Shown piece after piece: positions 12,319 through 24,788 of a stretch of 64,000 bases of DNA (position 1 is its first letter; each line of letters begins with the position of its first letter). The notes under the pieces were generated by a model that worked only from the letters and a program-made list of their open reading frames with translations, was not told the origin of the DNA and searched no databases. A program made the position numbers and the translations under genes. The stretch is taken from positions 117,242,001-117,306,000 of the forward strand of contig NC_043000.1 of NCBI RefSeq assembly GCF_006345805.1. Direction: 5' to 3'. The stretch comes from Octopus sinensis (lineage: Eukaryota).

Positions 12319-12679
12319 ATTTTTTATCGAAATTATCGTCTGTACTGTCAAAAGTATTGAAGTAACATTGATCAATATAACGTCAGATGCAGACAAGCGG
12401 TAATCCATGAATGCCAGAGGCGCTGACATACCTGCGCAAATGATTTGTTTATAGTAATCCAATGTATATGTTGTACACTAGAACACTCCCTCCATTAAAT
12501 CGACGTTGCCTGAGGAGGCGCACGGTGTACGAGACTGCAGGTATTGAAATGATGATAGAGGAACGTGAGATGTAGTGTTTTGCTCAAGAACACTACTCAC
12601 CACCCAGTCCAGGAATTGATACCACGATCTCGCAATCGTGAATGCATCACGCTTAGCACTGCACCATGCAATCTCAGAC

Positions 12680-12768
12680 TCCCTCTTTCTCTCTCTCTCC
12701 CTCTCACATACACACACAAACACACACATATATACATACATATATATATATATATATACATATCTATC

Positions 12769-12862
<94 letters not shown>

Positions 12863-12881
12863 CTGCCAGCCAGCTAGCCAG

Positions 12882-12920
<39 letters not shown>

Positions 12921-13077
12921 CATATGTATATGCATATAGTTAAAGAAAGATTTTCTTAAAAACGATTTAAAATACCTTTTTTTTGAGAAACAGAATGACA
13001 CGAACCTTTTGTAATTCTAAATGGTTCATGTTCTGGTTTACAATTCTTTAAGTATTGTGGCAGCATGTATTTCCTGC

Positions 13078-13110
<33 letters not shown>

Positions 13111-13239
13111 ATATATATGTATGTATGTGTGTGTGTGTATATGTATATATATATGTGTGTGTGTGTATGTATATATATGTATATGCATATATATATGTAT
13201 GTATATATATATATATATATATATATGCATATATATATG

Positions 13240-13278
<39 letters not shown>

Positions 13279-13374
13279 TATGTATATACGTATATGTATA
13301 TGTATATATGTATGTGTATATATATTTATATGTATATATATGTATATGTATATATATATATGTATATATATATA
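12680..13374. repeat. Compound (CT)/(CA)/(TA)/(GA) microsatellite region
   Basis: Directly visible; source of the YIYI-type spurious ORFs. Confidence 0.9.
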
Positions 13375-14616
13375 CACGGGGGTTGGACGAGATAATTGGA
13401 ACAGTAGAAATTTAACTCCAATATTTCAATGAACCATTATATAAAGAATATTCATCGAAATTTCATTGTGAGTGCTTTTTTGTATTACAGATGGTTTTAT
13501 TTATCTAATTTAATGATCATTTCAATCTCTTTTTCAAATCGTAGTATAAGTTAAGCTAAGATGCGTGACCTCACCGAGTTCGAAAAAGGGCAAATTGTTG
13601 AGGGTCGAATAGCAGGAGCTTCCGTCACCAGAACAGTTGAACACCTTGGTTTTTCGAGAGATACCATATCAAGGACTGTGACAGAATTTGAGAAGCAGGG
13701 CAAAACCTCTAGCTCGAGGAGTAAGTCCGGCAGGACTTCGAAGCTCACTGAAAGAGACCGACCAGAGTTGAATCGTATTGTGATGGAAAATCACCAGGCA
13801 ACTACCCCTAAAGTAACTACAGAGTTGAATCAACATTTGACTAACCCAGTTTCGAACAAAACTGTTCGCCATGAGCTCAATAAAACTGGATATCATGGCA
13901 GAACCGCTATCTGGAAACCTCTGCTTTCTCATCAAAGCATTCAGAAAAGGCGTAGAAATCACAAGGTGTAGAGATCACAAGGGCTCCGACGAGTCCAGTT
14001 TTTCTTTTTTCCCCACTGCTGTGTGAGTTTATATGTGGAGACAGCCCGAGGAAGCTTTTAATTTTGACTACCTTCTTCCTGCCGTGAAGCATGGAAGAGG
14101 GTCTGTGATGGTTTGTGTAGCCAGTTCTTGGAATTTTCTTGGTCCAATCGTTGTCCTGCATGGTAGGATGAGCAGTAATGATTATCTGAATATTTGGGGA
14201 AATCAAATCCTTCCCATGGTTCTGACATTATTCACTGATGGTGAGTGCAGCTTCCAAGATGTCAATGCTCCAATACACACCTCTCATGTGGTTAAGAATT
14301 GGTATGAAAAGCATAGTAGTGAGCTACAACATATGGAGTGACCCCACTCAATCTCCAGATCTTAATATTATTGAGCATTTGTGGTACATCTTGGAGCGAC
14401 AAGTTAGAAGTTGTTATCCTCTACCGTCGTGTCTGCAACAGCGGGGGCATGTTTTGCAGGAAGAATGGCTCAAGATTACTTTCAATGAAGTCAGGAAGCT
14501 GTATGAATCAATTCCTGGTCGCATCGAAGCCGTTCAGAAAGCTAAAGGAGGACCAACTCCATATTAAATATTCATTGAATTTAACATGTGTTCCAATTAC
14601 TTTTGTCCGACCCCTG
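13375..14616 (+). mobile_element. Tc1-family DNA transposon (DD34E type), decayed
   Basis: Imperfect TIRs ca(c)ggggg ttggacgagataattggaaca / tgttccaattacttttgtccgacccctg with TA flanks. Transposase pieces MRDLTEFEKGQIV..., SDESSF, FQDVNAPIHT and SPDLNIIEHLW. Confidence 0.92.
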
Positions 14617-14620
14617 TATA

Positions 14621-14694
14621 TATAAGGAAAATAAGACAAGGTAGAAAATGTTAAAATAATTTTACCATTTTCTACCTTCATTTACTTTCCTTAT
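14621..14694. repeat. Imperfect ~74 bp palindrome; right arm related to 26340-26400
   Basis: tataaggaaa/tttccttata and aaggtagaaaatg/cattttctacctt arms. Confidence 0.8.
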
Positions 14695-14741
14695 ATATAT
14701 ATATATGAACTCGTGTGTTGCTTTGCAACTTGCTGCTGCTG

Positions 14742-14775
<34 letters not shown>

Positions 14776-14892
14776 ACACACACACACGCGCGCGCGCGCA
14801 TATATATATATGTATGGATGTATATAAATATATATATGTACATACACACACACACACACAAACATATATATATAAAATTATATATATATATG

Positions 14893-14946
<54 letters not shown>

Positions 14947-14962
14947 ATTATATATGTATATG

Positions 14963-15053
<91 letters not shown>

Positions 15054-15056
15054 CAT
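14695..15056. repeat. Compound microsatellite (CTA)n/(CA)n/(TA)n
   Basis: Directly visible. Confidence 0.9.
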
Positions 15057-15210
15057 ACAGAGCTGAGCATTAGTCTGTTAATCCGTTAATCGTTAATAAC
15101 TGAAGTTAACGTTTTCGTTAACGATTCAACTTTTAAGTTAACTTTGAAAATCATTATCGGACTAATTAGCTTCCGTTAACTCGAATCCGTTAACCCCAAA
15201 ATTTCATTAA
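15057..15210. mobile_element. Probable DNA transposon terminus with GTTAAC-type subterminal repeats
   Basis: Starts cagagctgagc next to (TA)n with about 8 gttaa(c/t) motifs in 130 bp. No partner end found. Confidence 0.35.
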
Positions 15211-17294
15211 AACCGGTAAACGTTTAAAAGTCTCTATTGTTTTCAGATTGTCTTAGCATATTCTTTCAACCCCGGTACAACGCCATTTATTTATAAATAA
15301 CTTGTAGGACCTCGTTTGGCCCTGTCTTGATTTGAAACAAAATCCACCTGCTTGTTGCTTGCGAAGACAGCGGGAAATTTCTTTGTCCTGTCAAGAGGGG
15401 ACAGTGATTGATGTGTTTCCACTTCATCTGTGACCCCGCTGTGTCATGGAGAGAATTATGTATATATCGTGCTTTTCATTTTTTAATTATATTTTTTCGG
15501 CCGCTTTATCAATAAACTTCTTTTAGTTAAATATTCACATTGTGTTTCATTTAAATTACTTTTACCCTTCTCTGGCTATAAAAGCTTTTAAAACACTAAA
15601 ACGGACCAAAACTATGAAATCAACGTTTTTAGGCCTTTTAAAATTTAAAACTATAAAATCAGCATTTTTAAACCCTAAAGCAAAAAAAAAACTAAAAAAT
15701 GATTTGGGCACTTGTTAACCGTTTAGTATTTAACCCGGTCAAAACCCGTTGTATCTAATTCCTCTACGAAATCTTCGACAAAAATAAACAAATTACGTTA
15801 GTGAATTCTCGTAGCTTTTAGATAATGTGAGGGCTTTTTTCCAGAAAGCATAGACCTGGGAGAAACGCAAAATTAACTGAGGTGGATGTCAACAGAAAAT
15901 ATTGACTTTCATAAAGTGGAAAAAATAAATGGAAGAAAAAACGTTGGTAAATATTTCGGTGTGAACGCAAATAGCTGTTACGTGGTAGCAAGACATGCTA
16001 GAAACAGCAGCCAAGTCTTTCCTTTTCTGGAAAAAGTAGCCGTTTACGCGTGATTTCGATGTTACATTCATTAAAAGCATGCAAAATAACTTGGAAAAAA
16101 AAGACCCGCGAAACAAAACCCCCTTGGTGAGAAACGTCGCGGTTTCCACCACCCCTCCCATCTTTCTTTCCCGGAAAAAAGTGGCTTGCGGCGGGTTTGG
16201 ATCTCAGATACGTTGAGTGCACTCGAAAAAGACTGTGGACAAAAATTATTCCACACCGTGGTACGAAATATTTACAGAAAGAATGAAATATTGTACCAAA
16301 TATTTACCTGTATTTTAATTGATTTAAATCAATGTACCTCATCTTGAAAAGTGGCAAAAGCTTTGTCGGTTGCCATCTGGGATAATTTTAGAAACGAATC
16401 ACTTAAAGCAAAATCATTGAAAGCGACTTTCTGTAAAACCTGCTTCTAACAATTTTAACTGTTTTCTACGACTACTTGAAACTGTTTTGCAACAAGTTTG
16501 TACAAATGCTTGCGCGCTTCTGGTAAATAAATGAAATAAAAATATTATAACTTTCTTTCTTAAGTGAAAAAATTTAATTAAAATAATTTTAGTTTTGATT
16601 TAAATAATAGATACTACTACTACTACTACTACTACTGCTGCTGCTGCTATTGCTACTTCATAAGGTTTACTTAATTTTAATAGAATTTGTGAGAACAAAA
16701 TTCTTTGAAGAGCGGTTTAATAATTTCGACGTGCCTTTGAGTGTTTATGGAATGGATTCAAAAAGAAAGTTAGAAAATACTAATAATAAATACTTCATTA
16801 TAATTTTCCTAATATTAATTTAGAGAAGAAAGGACACTTGGAATTTCTGAATAGTGTTGGCTTGGAGGGAGAAAAGTATTTCAATTAATGTATATCAATG
16901 GCTGCATAATTCTAGCTTTGTTCTGCATTTTATAGCTGGGAAACTAATTACAAATCACTGCGTGACAACAACATAGTAGAAAATAGTTAAATAGCAAGAA
17001 AAATATATGATATTAGTAGCAAGTGTTGATAAGAATATAAACGGATGGTTTAATAAGCGATATTATTTCTATTAGTGTTAAACAAGCAAATTGTCAAAAC
17101 GTAACACTAAAAAAAGAAAAACTACTATGTAGTTGGAAATTATTTTGAAGAATGTCTACAGAGGTATAGAGAGTAAATGAAGTAATGTAACTAGTATTAA
17201 AGAAATAAGCTCCATGCGCTGATAAAGTCGTTGTTGTTTAACACAAGATCTTATCTGTTTCTGAAGAACTGTCACCAAGGTGATTCTAGTTGGA

Positions 17295-17313
17295 ACACTA
17301 TCATGTTTACATA

Positions 17314-17391
<78 letters not shown>

Positions 17392-17511
17392 CATGCATGC
17401 ATGTATGTATGTATGTATGCATACATGTATGTATGTATGCATGTATGTATGCATACATGTATGTATGTATGTATATATATATATGTGTGTGTGTATGTAT
17501 GTATGCATGTA

Positions 17512-17558
<47 letters not shown>

Positions 17559-17568
17559 GCATACATGC

Positions 17569-17605
<37 letters not shown>
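17295..17605. repeat. Compound (TA)/(TG)/(TATG) microsatellite
   Basis: Directly visible. Confidence 0.9.
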
Positions 17606-17613
17606 TCAGTCAT

Positions 17614-17911
17614 TTAGTGATCACTGTATGGTGGTCTGTGAAGGGATTTATTCATTATTCGTTTTTGTAACAAAAAAAAACAGTAACAGCAACATCGTAT
17701 TGCCAGGAAATTGATTGTATGCATGAGAATTTGAAAAAGAAGCAATCCATACTAATGAATAGAGATGGCCCAGTTTTGCTCCACGACAATGCATGTCCTC
17801 ACACTCTTCAAGCTACAGTCTACAGGTTGCAAATCTGAATTATGAGTTTTTGCAACATTCTCGCTATTCCTCTGCCATAGATAAACATGAATCATACTTT
17901 GATTAAATAAA
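17614..17911 (+). repeat. Inverted duplication of part of the adjacent mariner
   Basis: 17614-17874 is the reverse complement of 18217-18477 (about 9 mismatches by eye). 17874-17911 matches 18006-18043. Confidence 0.9.
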
Positions 17912-17929
17912 CCAGTTCTCTAGCATATA

Positions 17930-19176
17930 TATGAGGTTGTTTCACATGAAATGTCGTATTTGAAAGGTGGCAATAAAATGTTTCAGAAGTGTTTTAGAGA
18001 ATCGATTTATTTAATCAAAGTATGATCTATGTTTATTTATGGCGTTTGCCCAATGTTTCTTTGTAATATATTCCCTCTTTTAAGAAAAAGCAATTAATCT
18101 TTTGCTGTGACAAATTGTCTGAATGCTTCAATTACCTTTTCTCTATTTAAAAATGTTTTATTGCTTATGAAAAGCTCAAAATGCTTTAAATAAGTGATGA
18201 TCAGTGGGAGAGATATCAGAGGAATAGCGAGGATGTTGCAAAATCTCATAATTCAGATTTGTAACTTGTAGACTATAGCTTGAAGAGTGTAAGGACATGC
18301 ATTGTCGTGGAGCAAAACTGGGCCATCTCTATTCATTAGTATGGATTGCTTCTTTTTCAAATTCTCATGCATACAATCAATTTCCTGGCAATACGATATT
18401 GTTGTTACTGTTTTTCTTTGTTACAAAAACGAATAATGAATAAATCCCTTCACAGACCACCATACAGTGATCACTAACATTTTAGGGTGCAATGGTGGGT
18501 TTGGATAGTGTTTAGGTGACTCTCCGGCGTCTAATCACTGACCTGTTCTCCTGTTGTCAAAGAGTATCCATTTCTCATCACAAGTAACGATTTGATGCAA
18601 AAATGGTCGTTTTCCAGTCGAGAAAGCAATAAGGAGAACACTTCAAGGCGTCTGTTTTTTCTTTTAAATCTCGTTCAGTTGATGTGGAACACATCTATCT
18701 GTTTCTTGAGTTTTCTAATTTCTTACAGATGTCCAAAAACCGTTGTGCGAGATGTTTCAAGTTCTGATGAAAGCGTTCGAACCTTTGTTCTCGGATTTTG
18801 TTCAACCCAAGTATTTAATTCATCATGTCGAATAACTGATGTTGGTTTATTTTCTAGGCTATCATCTGAACGAGAGTTTTGGAACCATCACTGAACAACT
18901 CTGATATCAACAAAACCATTACCAAAGGCCCGCTTGATATTCCGTAGAGATTCCGCGGCAGAGTGACCTAGATTGTACTCATGCAATAAAATCACTCAAC
19001 ATTGTTTGGTTGTTATCATTTTCATAAGGTCTGTGGGTACGAATTTTGCATACCAATATTGTTGCGAAAGAAAAAGAGTCAAGATTAAATGCAAGGTATA
19101 CATAATAATTGAGTTTTTAAATGACTGAAATAACAAGTAATTAAAAATTCAACATTTCATGTGAAACAACCCAATA
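17930..19176 (-). mobile_element. mariner transposon, decayed
   Basis: TIR core ggttgtttcacatgaaatgt / acatttcatgtgaaacaacc. Minus-strand remnants LLHEYNLGHSAAE, LLHDNACP and HPRYSSDISPTD. Confidence 0.85.
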
Positions 19177-19408
19177 TATATAGTAGACACAATATATGCT
19201 TTTATGTGGTACTATTAGTTTCACATGCCGAGAGTATGCCAGGCGTATTAAAAAATACTGTCTGGTATGCTCTCAGCGCATGAAACTAATAGTAGCACCG
19301 TTTCTATCAAATAATATTTATCACTCACCTGATGAAGTACATTATTTGTTGATTTTGCCATCACGGAACTGTACACTGTGTGTGTGTGCGCGTGTGTATA
19401 CATATATA

Positions 19409-20270
19409 CGAGGGTGGGCTCAAAAGTTCATAGACCGATTATGACGGAGTGATGCTAGAGCTGGGAAATCTTGCATGCTTTGAATTCAGTTCTTCTTATT
19501 GATATCTGCATTGTTTCTTTTTACGTAAGCTGACATCTGGGTGTTTAAAGAAGACGACTTCAAATGTAACTTGTAGTGACATCTTTTGAAAATGAACACA
19601 ATTTAGCATCGTGGCGTTATAAAGTACCTGCAGAGAAGGGCTTTAGACTCCCAAAAATATTCATGATGTCATGGTTGCTACATTATGGGATGATGCTCCA
19701 GATTTATTAACAGTGTAGGCGTTGGAGTGGCTGTGTGGTAAGTAGCTCGCTTACGAACCACATGGTTCTGGGTTCAGTCCCACTGCGTGGCACCTTGGGC
19801 AAGTGTCTTCTTCTATAACCTCGGGCCGACCAAAGCCTTGTGAGTGGATTTGGTAGACGGAAACTGAAAGAAGCCCGTCGTGTATATATGTATATATATA
19901 GATAGATATGTGTGTGTGTGTATGTATGTTTGTGTGTCTGTGTTTGTCACCCCAACATCGCTTGACAACCGATGCTGGTGTGTTTACGCCCCTGTAACTT
20001 AGTGGTTCGACAAGAGAGACCGATAGAATAAGTACTAGGCTCACAAAGAATAAGTCCTGGGGTCGATTTACTCGACTAAAGGCGGTGCTACAGCATGGCC
20101 GCAGTCGAATGATTGAAACAAGTAAAAGAGTAAAAGAGTGCAAATGTGGCAGGTGAATTTAGGAAAGGAACAAAACTGCCGCAAACTCGTTTGTTCCAGT
20201 TTTGACTTCTTAGTGGTAAGAAACTCTCAAGAGAACTGAACAGCCGTTCTTCAGAGAAGAAATGCTCTGA
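19409..20270 (+). mobile_element. 5' fragment of a mariner, interrupted by SINE A
   Basis: TA-cgaggg start; HRGVIKYLQ...MVATLWDDAP|...EFRKG mariner N-terminus continues across the SINE. Confidence 0.6.
19716..20138 (+). mobile_element. SINE family A, full length
   Basis: Complete head-to-tail match ending in (taaaagag)2. Confidence 0.9.
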
Positions 20271-20929
20271 AGGAAAGTGTTTTTACATTGCAAGAGGGTT
20301 AAGCTGCATCAAGATCATAATTCGTGTGTGCCCTTATCCTGACATTTTTTAACCACTTGGTACCTGTTTATTTCTAGTTCTTTCACAAAGACATCATACT
20401 TCTTCAGGTATCAACTGAAATTCTTGCGAAAAAACCATTTTGATGAAAAAACAATTCTGTGTCAAAGAAATTTATAAATTCTTTCATGTGCGAGTGCAAA
20501 TTTCTGAAAAGCTTTTGTATACAATTGAGTTGATAAAAATAATAATAATAAAAAACTATTAAAGAATTATATTTATTTATAATACATTCCATATGAATCA
20601 CCATATCAGAATTGATAATCTAGCATTAAAAAAAAATTAAATAATAGAATTATTGAGTTACTAATTACAGTTACAGATTGCCGAGAGCAAGATATATTGG
20701 ATAAAGAGATCATGAATGACAACAGAAAAAATATTGAAGTACGGAGAAAATTTATCTAGATGAACAATATGAATATTTATACTTAAGATAAATGTGATTC
20801 GTAAGCAAAATACTATAAATATAAGCCTTTTGTAGGTTATATTTCTACGTACATACACACACATATACAAACACATATACATATATACATGCAAATACAA
20901 ATTTAAATACTTACACAAATACACACACA

Positions 20930-21144
20930 CATTCTTTTATTCTTTTATTTGTTTCAGTCATTTGACTGCGGCCTTGCTGGAGCACCGCCTTCAGTCGAGC
21001 AAATCGAACCCCAGGACTTATTCTTTGTAAGCCTAATACTTATTCTATCGGTCTCTCTTGCCGAACCGCTAAGTGACGGGGACGTAAACGCACCAGCATC
21101 GGTTGTCAAGCGATGTTGGGGGATAAACACAGGCACACACACAT

Positions 21145-21185
<41 letters not shown>

Positions 21186-21318
21186 CGGCGGGTTTCTTTC
21201 AGTTTCCGTCTACCAAATCCACTCACAAGGCTTTGGTCGGCCCGAGCCTATAATAGAAGACACTTGCCCAAGGTGCCACGCAGTGGGAATGAATCCAGAA
21301 CCATGTGGTTGGTAAGCT
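20930..21318 (-). mobile_element. SINE family A, slightly 5'-truncated
   Basis: Match to family A. Confidence 0.88.
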
Positions 21319-22865
21319 GTCTTGATGCCAATACATATGTGCTAATACCTTTACAGAAATTTCCCTCGCACTCATTCTTAAACAAGGCTTTTACTAAAAG
21401 TGTTCACACAAAATTTTCCCCATACAAATTCCAGTTGATTCACCATTTTTCATCCTTTCAGGGTTGATAAAATAAGCACCATTTGAACCAGTTAGACACT
21501 GGGATTGATATAATCGACTTTACTACTTCCCTAAAAATATTCCTGGCCTTGAATCAAAATTTAAATCTATTATGATAAAACACGGACACACAAACACATG
21601 AATATGCAGAATACATACATACAAATGTATAAAAGTACACACATACATACATAACAGAACGCAGTGTGAATAACAGAAAGAGTCAACAACTATTGAAAAG
21701 ATTGCAAGACGCAACGAAAATTTTAGGAAAATAAATAAGTAAATGAGTGGAAATTTTACCGGTGTGTTGTTGATTATCGTAAGGCAGTAAAAGAAAATGA
21801 CTCTCCCCAGACACAACAGAATCATTATCATTATTATTGCTATTAATATCATTGCTGTTGCTGTTTTAGCAACCATATATTATTATCAACAAAATTTGAA
21901 AGAAAACAATAAGAAATAGCATAAACTATTCTTCTTCTCAGACTGCTTGAGAAATTAATAAACAAGACATACGTATCTTGAAGCGGTTGTGCAATGGATT
22001 TAAGGTAAGAGTTAAAGAAACATACAGATATTATTCTGTTTCCATGGCTCTAAATTAAATTCAGTAAAGGGAAGATAGTTGATTAGTTAGTGGAGAGAAC
22101 AATGTAATTCATAATAATTATTTTAAATTAATGTGTGTGTAGCATTTGCTGCCAAAGCCTAGCTTAGCTCCTCCCGACATTACTGACAATATATTCCGAT
22201 GATATTGCAAAACCGGGATAACACGAAATGGAAATATTCTCCGCAACTAATCAAGTAAAATCTGTCATACAGCTCAGATTTGATGATAAAATGGAAATTT
22301 GGATTTGATAAATAATATTAATATTATCTAAACTGAACTCGAAGAAATGTTGAAAACATTTGTGAAACCTCTCAATATGACAGGCAGTAAGCCAAGTGGA
22401 ATCATGTACAATTAATTAAAAATTAATCACCAGTCAAACTACTTCAACCTAATATAATTGATAATATTAGATACCTCTTCGTATTGCTTTGAATTGTTCA
22501 TATTCTAAATGGATGATTAATTATACTTACCGGCAATGTGTCAGGCAAGAATGAGATGTTAACTTACTCGAATAATTTTGTTTTTGACGAGTTGTAATGT
22601 TATTCAAATTTCATTGCCGGAAGAGTTTATAATGTAACACCCACACACAAAGACAACAAGAAGGAAAAACGTCGAAATAAAAATCAATGCTGGCTTTAAT
22701 TACTTAGAATATCTGCAGACAACCTTAAGAAGTAATGTAAGGCGCACTGCAAACAGAATAGAACAAGGTATTGACTTATATAGAAAATTTAATATATTTA
22801 TTAGAGTGCCACTATCGTATAATGAAATACTGCTTCCCTACAAGTCATTAGTATTTACGAACCAG

Positions 22866-23850
22866 AAGGCGGCGAGCTGGCAGAAACGTTAGCAAGCCGG
22901 TCGAAATGCGTAGCCGTATTTCGTCTGCCATTACGTTCTGGGTTCAAATTCCGCCGAGGTCGACTTTGCCTTTCATCCTTTCGGGGTCGATAAATTAGGT
23001 ACCAGTTACGCACTGGGGTCGATGTAATCGACTTAATCCGTTTGTCTGTCCTTGTTTGTCCTCTCTGTGTTTAGCCCCTTGTGATTCTACGTTCTGAGTT
23101 CAAATTCCGCCGAGGTTGAATTTGTATTTCATCATTTCGGGGTCGATAAATTAAGTACAATTTGCGTACTGGGGTCGATCTAGTCTATTGTACCCCACCC
23201 AAATTTCGGGCCTTGTGTCTAGAGTAGAATAGAATAATTATCATTATTACATCTGCGCAAAGGCGGCGAGCTGGCAGAAACGTTAGCACGCCGGGCGAAA
23301 TGCTTAGCAGTATTTCGTCTTCCGTTACGTTCTGGGTTCAAATTCAGCCGAGGTCGACTTTGCCTTTCATTCTTTCGGGGTCGATTAAATAAGTACCAGT
23401 TACGCACTGGGGTCGATATAATCGACTTAATCCGTCTGTCTGTCCTTGTTTGTCTCCTCTGTGTTTAGCCCCTTGTGGGAAGTAAAGAAATAGGTATTTC
23501 GTCTGCCGTTACGTTTTCAGTTCAAATTCCGCCGAGGTCGACTTTGCCTTTCATTCTTTCGGGGTTCATAAATTAAGTGCCAGTTATGCACTGGGGTCGA
23601 TATAATCGACTTAATCTGTTTGTCTGTCCTTGTTTGTCCTCTCTGTGTTTAGCCCCTTGTAGGTAGTAAAGAAATAGGTATTTTGTCTATTGTTACGTTC
23701 TGAGTTCAAATTCTGCCGATGTTGACTTTGCTTTTCGTCCTTTCGGGGTTCGATGAATAAAGTACTAGTTTCGTATTGGATTCGATCTAATCGACTAGTC
23801 CCCCCTACCCCCAACATTCCAGGCCTTGTGCCTCTAGTAGAAAGGCTTAT
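22866..23850 (+). mobile_element. Two adjacent SINE B arrays (head+B1+B2 at 22866-23240; head+B1+B1+B2 at 23260-23850)
   Basis: In the second array units restart at ggtattt; the first array's junction carries a small deletion. The last unit of each array has the B2 tail and looks more diverged. Confidence 0.88.
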
Positions 23851-24624
23851 TATATTTACGCATCACTCAAATCAGATAGATCCGTGTGGGGGATAAGTAA
23901 TGTTCCAAATCGATTCAAAAGTGTTTCTACACTCGTTCGTTTTGGCGATGTTTTTTTTTCAGAAGGATGCTCAAAGCGTTTTCATTACCCACCACAGCAA
24001 AAAAAAAAAAAAATAGTGCGTGTGCTTGCACTCCCTGCGTCCCTTGTCCTGATCATAGATTTCTTCAGCAGAAGTCACCCTGTTAAAATATTTCAAACCA
24101 GGTCTTCAGTCTGATGATACGTTCCTACCACCTTTCCACCCTCAAGGCCTAGAGGCCTCGTAATTAATAATGCGCACAGTTTCTGTCTTAACTAAATAAT
24201 AATATTCAGTGTACACGATCCACTAGTTTCCTTAAAACACTGAAATGATATTTGGAATCCAATTTCTATTAATGACAGAAAGAAGCTAACGTTATGTAAC
24301 GCAGCATAAAGTATTCATGCTGGCATTCCTATGTATAAATACTTTTGTGTAGCAGACTAGGCTCATCAATAAGCCAATATGGATGATATAATTATAAGCG
24401 GTATACTTGGGGAGATAAGAGTTATACTTACATCAGTTATATATATCTCAAAGCCAAACGAGAAAAGTAACATAAATTATTGATGTATTTCTTTAATGTT
24501 ACATACGTAAATGGAAACTTCAAACAAGTGTTAGACGCCGAGAATTGTATAATGAAACTTGGTGATAATAAGATTTATAAACCGCATCAAGACGTCTGAG
24601 ACAGTATTTATATTTGCACTAAAA

Positions 24625-24788
24625 ATATGTGGCTGCATGGTCAGAGGATTGCTTCTCAACCACGTGCTTCCGAGTTCTGTCCCACTGCGTGGCACCTTCG
24701 GCAAGTGTCTTCTGCTATATCCTCGGGCTGACCAAAGCCTTGTGAGTGGATTTCGTTGACGGAAACTGAAGGAATCCCGTCGTATATA
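24625..24788 (+). mobile_element. 5' half of SINE A ending at its internal TA tract
   Basis: Decayed head and CORE-like segment up to cccgtcgtata. Confidence 0.7.

Noticed and set aside
17156-17300. Possible host exon with hydrophobic C-terminus on the minus strand
   Set aside because: Short, with no recognisable homology or supporting neighbouring exons, and the ORF start is microsatellite.
12478-17714. Many ORFs rich in YI/CV/HT
   Set aside because: Translations of (TA)/(TG)/(CA) microsatellites. The same applies to the poly-I/L/Y ORFs at 44541-45192 and 46322-46841.
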